A program made the translations under genes and the position numbers. A stretch of 64,000 nucleotides of DNA from Squalus acanthias (Eukaryota). Under the pieces are notes generated by a model. That model did no database searches. It was not told the origin of the DNA and saw nothing but the letters and a program-made list of their open reading frames with translations. The stretch's first letter is position 1; every line of letters starts with the position of its first letter. Location: the NCBI GenBank assembly GCA_030390025.1, contig CM059432.1, forward strand, positions 9,052,001-9,116,000, read 5' to 3'. This document shows positions 62,701-64,000 of this stretch, piece after piece.

Positions 62701-63592
62701 GGGGGAAAAATTCAGTTGGTTGCGCCTCCCATTAGCGCCTTAAGAGGGCGCTAATGGGGCGCAAAGCATCTAGCGCCCGGGCGCAGCGATGTTTGCTCCG
62801 CTCGCGAAATTAACTAGACATTTTGCGGCGGCGCTAAACACTACCGCCATGATCTCCTGCGCCGGCAGATCGTGACGTCAGTCGAGTGCGCAACGCCCCG
62901 GTATCGTCCCGGAGCAGATATTGAGTGGCGCGCCCTGCCTTACCACCTGACGCTAGCAACGACAGGTTGAGGGGAGCGTTTTGCAGTCATGAAGGGACTG
63001 GGGGAATGCTATTTAAAGGCGACCGCTTCCTGCCTTTTATTGTTGGTGCCATTTTTGAACCACGCATTCTGAGAGAGAGAGAGAGAGAGACTTCTGGAGA
63101 GATTCAACGCTGTGTGAAGGAGTTTTGGGTACTGAGCAGCACTTTGCAGGTTCATTTTGATTTGCCATTCCTTGTATCGATTAAGAAGAGACTGTGGGGG
63201 CTGCACTCTAAGCTCTTTGCCTGGTACTCTCCTTTGTTCTTTCCAGCAGATTTGATGTGCAGGTCTCTCCAGGCCGGGATTCAAGGCTGCAATGAGCAGG
63301 ATGTGGATGGAAAGCAAGATCAACCATCCCCTTTAAGAACTGGCCGGTGCCATTGTGTGTGTGTTCCATTGCTGACTGACATCACATGTGCTTCGCCAGC
63401 GCTCTGAGGTAGCGCCTCGCTCCTCGGCCTTTGCGCCTTAAGACAGTGAGGCGCCTGATTTAGCGCTCCAATCACCTCCAGGGGCGATAAAAGTCAAGTT
63501 TGCAGTCGGTGGCGATAATTAACGCCAGGCGCTAATCTTTGTGCCCGCCCGATAATTGCGCCCCACATGGGGCGATACTGAATTTCTCCCCC
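62701..63592 (+). mobile_element. Harbinger-derived MITE, copy 3
   Basis: TIRs GGGGGAAAAATTCAGT / ACTGAATTTCTCCCCC; CAT TSD. Confidence 0.93.
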
Positions 63593-63777
63593 CATTTGTT
63601 TTGCTAAATCTCATGCAAGTGGCTCAAACGGTTTATGCAGTTTTGCCTTTGAAGGATTCTGTCAGTTTTGCCTATTACCTTTCGGACTTTTGCTGTAACT
63701 CACCGATGTCAGCTTGAAGACGATAGAAATTGCTTCTGCCATGCGTGCAATTCTGTTCCACGTCATGCCTTGTTGCC

Positions 63778-63809
<32 letters not shown>

Positions 63810-64000
63810 GTGCAGGCTTCTGATGCCATGAGAGCAGGCTCAGAAACAGGGTCAACCTCCTCATCTCTATCTGCAGTGCATCCCAAGCTTCCTGAGCTGT
63901 CACCTGAGGTTGTCAGTCTCTGTTAAGAATGTATTTAATCAGTGGCCTTTAAGTTGCTCCGTCTGATCCAAGTTACAGTACTGTACATTGCACCTGCGAA

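Noticed and set aside
63662..63926. Short ORFs at the window end
   Set aside because: Span a (GA)n tract; no recognisable domain or splice support.

Overview
Repeat-dominated vertebrate DNA with no host protein-coding exon I can recognise. The SINE/LINE set (Deu-domain SINEs, an HE1-like V-SINE, CR1, L2, Penelope) points to an elasmobranch, probably a shark; this is inference. Main contents: (1) a complete 4.2-kb PIF/Harbinger transposon (10201-14415) with an intact DDE transposase and a convergent 3-exon Myb/SANT gene, three ~890-bp MITE derivatives, other MITE families and decayed Myb genes; (2) a defective LTR retroelement (44531-54708) with a tRNA-Arg PBS, coiled-coil gag with CCHC and PTAP, an in-frame protease-like ORF lacking the catalytic Asp, no RT/RNase H/integrase, and a probably spliced env-like glycoprotein with an Ig-like domain; a full-length CR1 interrupts its gag; (3) Penelope-derived units carrying minimal hammerhead ribozymes; (4) a 3.6-kb (GAGT)n microsatellite; (5) a 180-bp inverted local duplication inserted into a hairpin loop. 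Boundaries of decayed repeats are approximate; identities were counted by eye.
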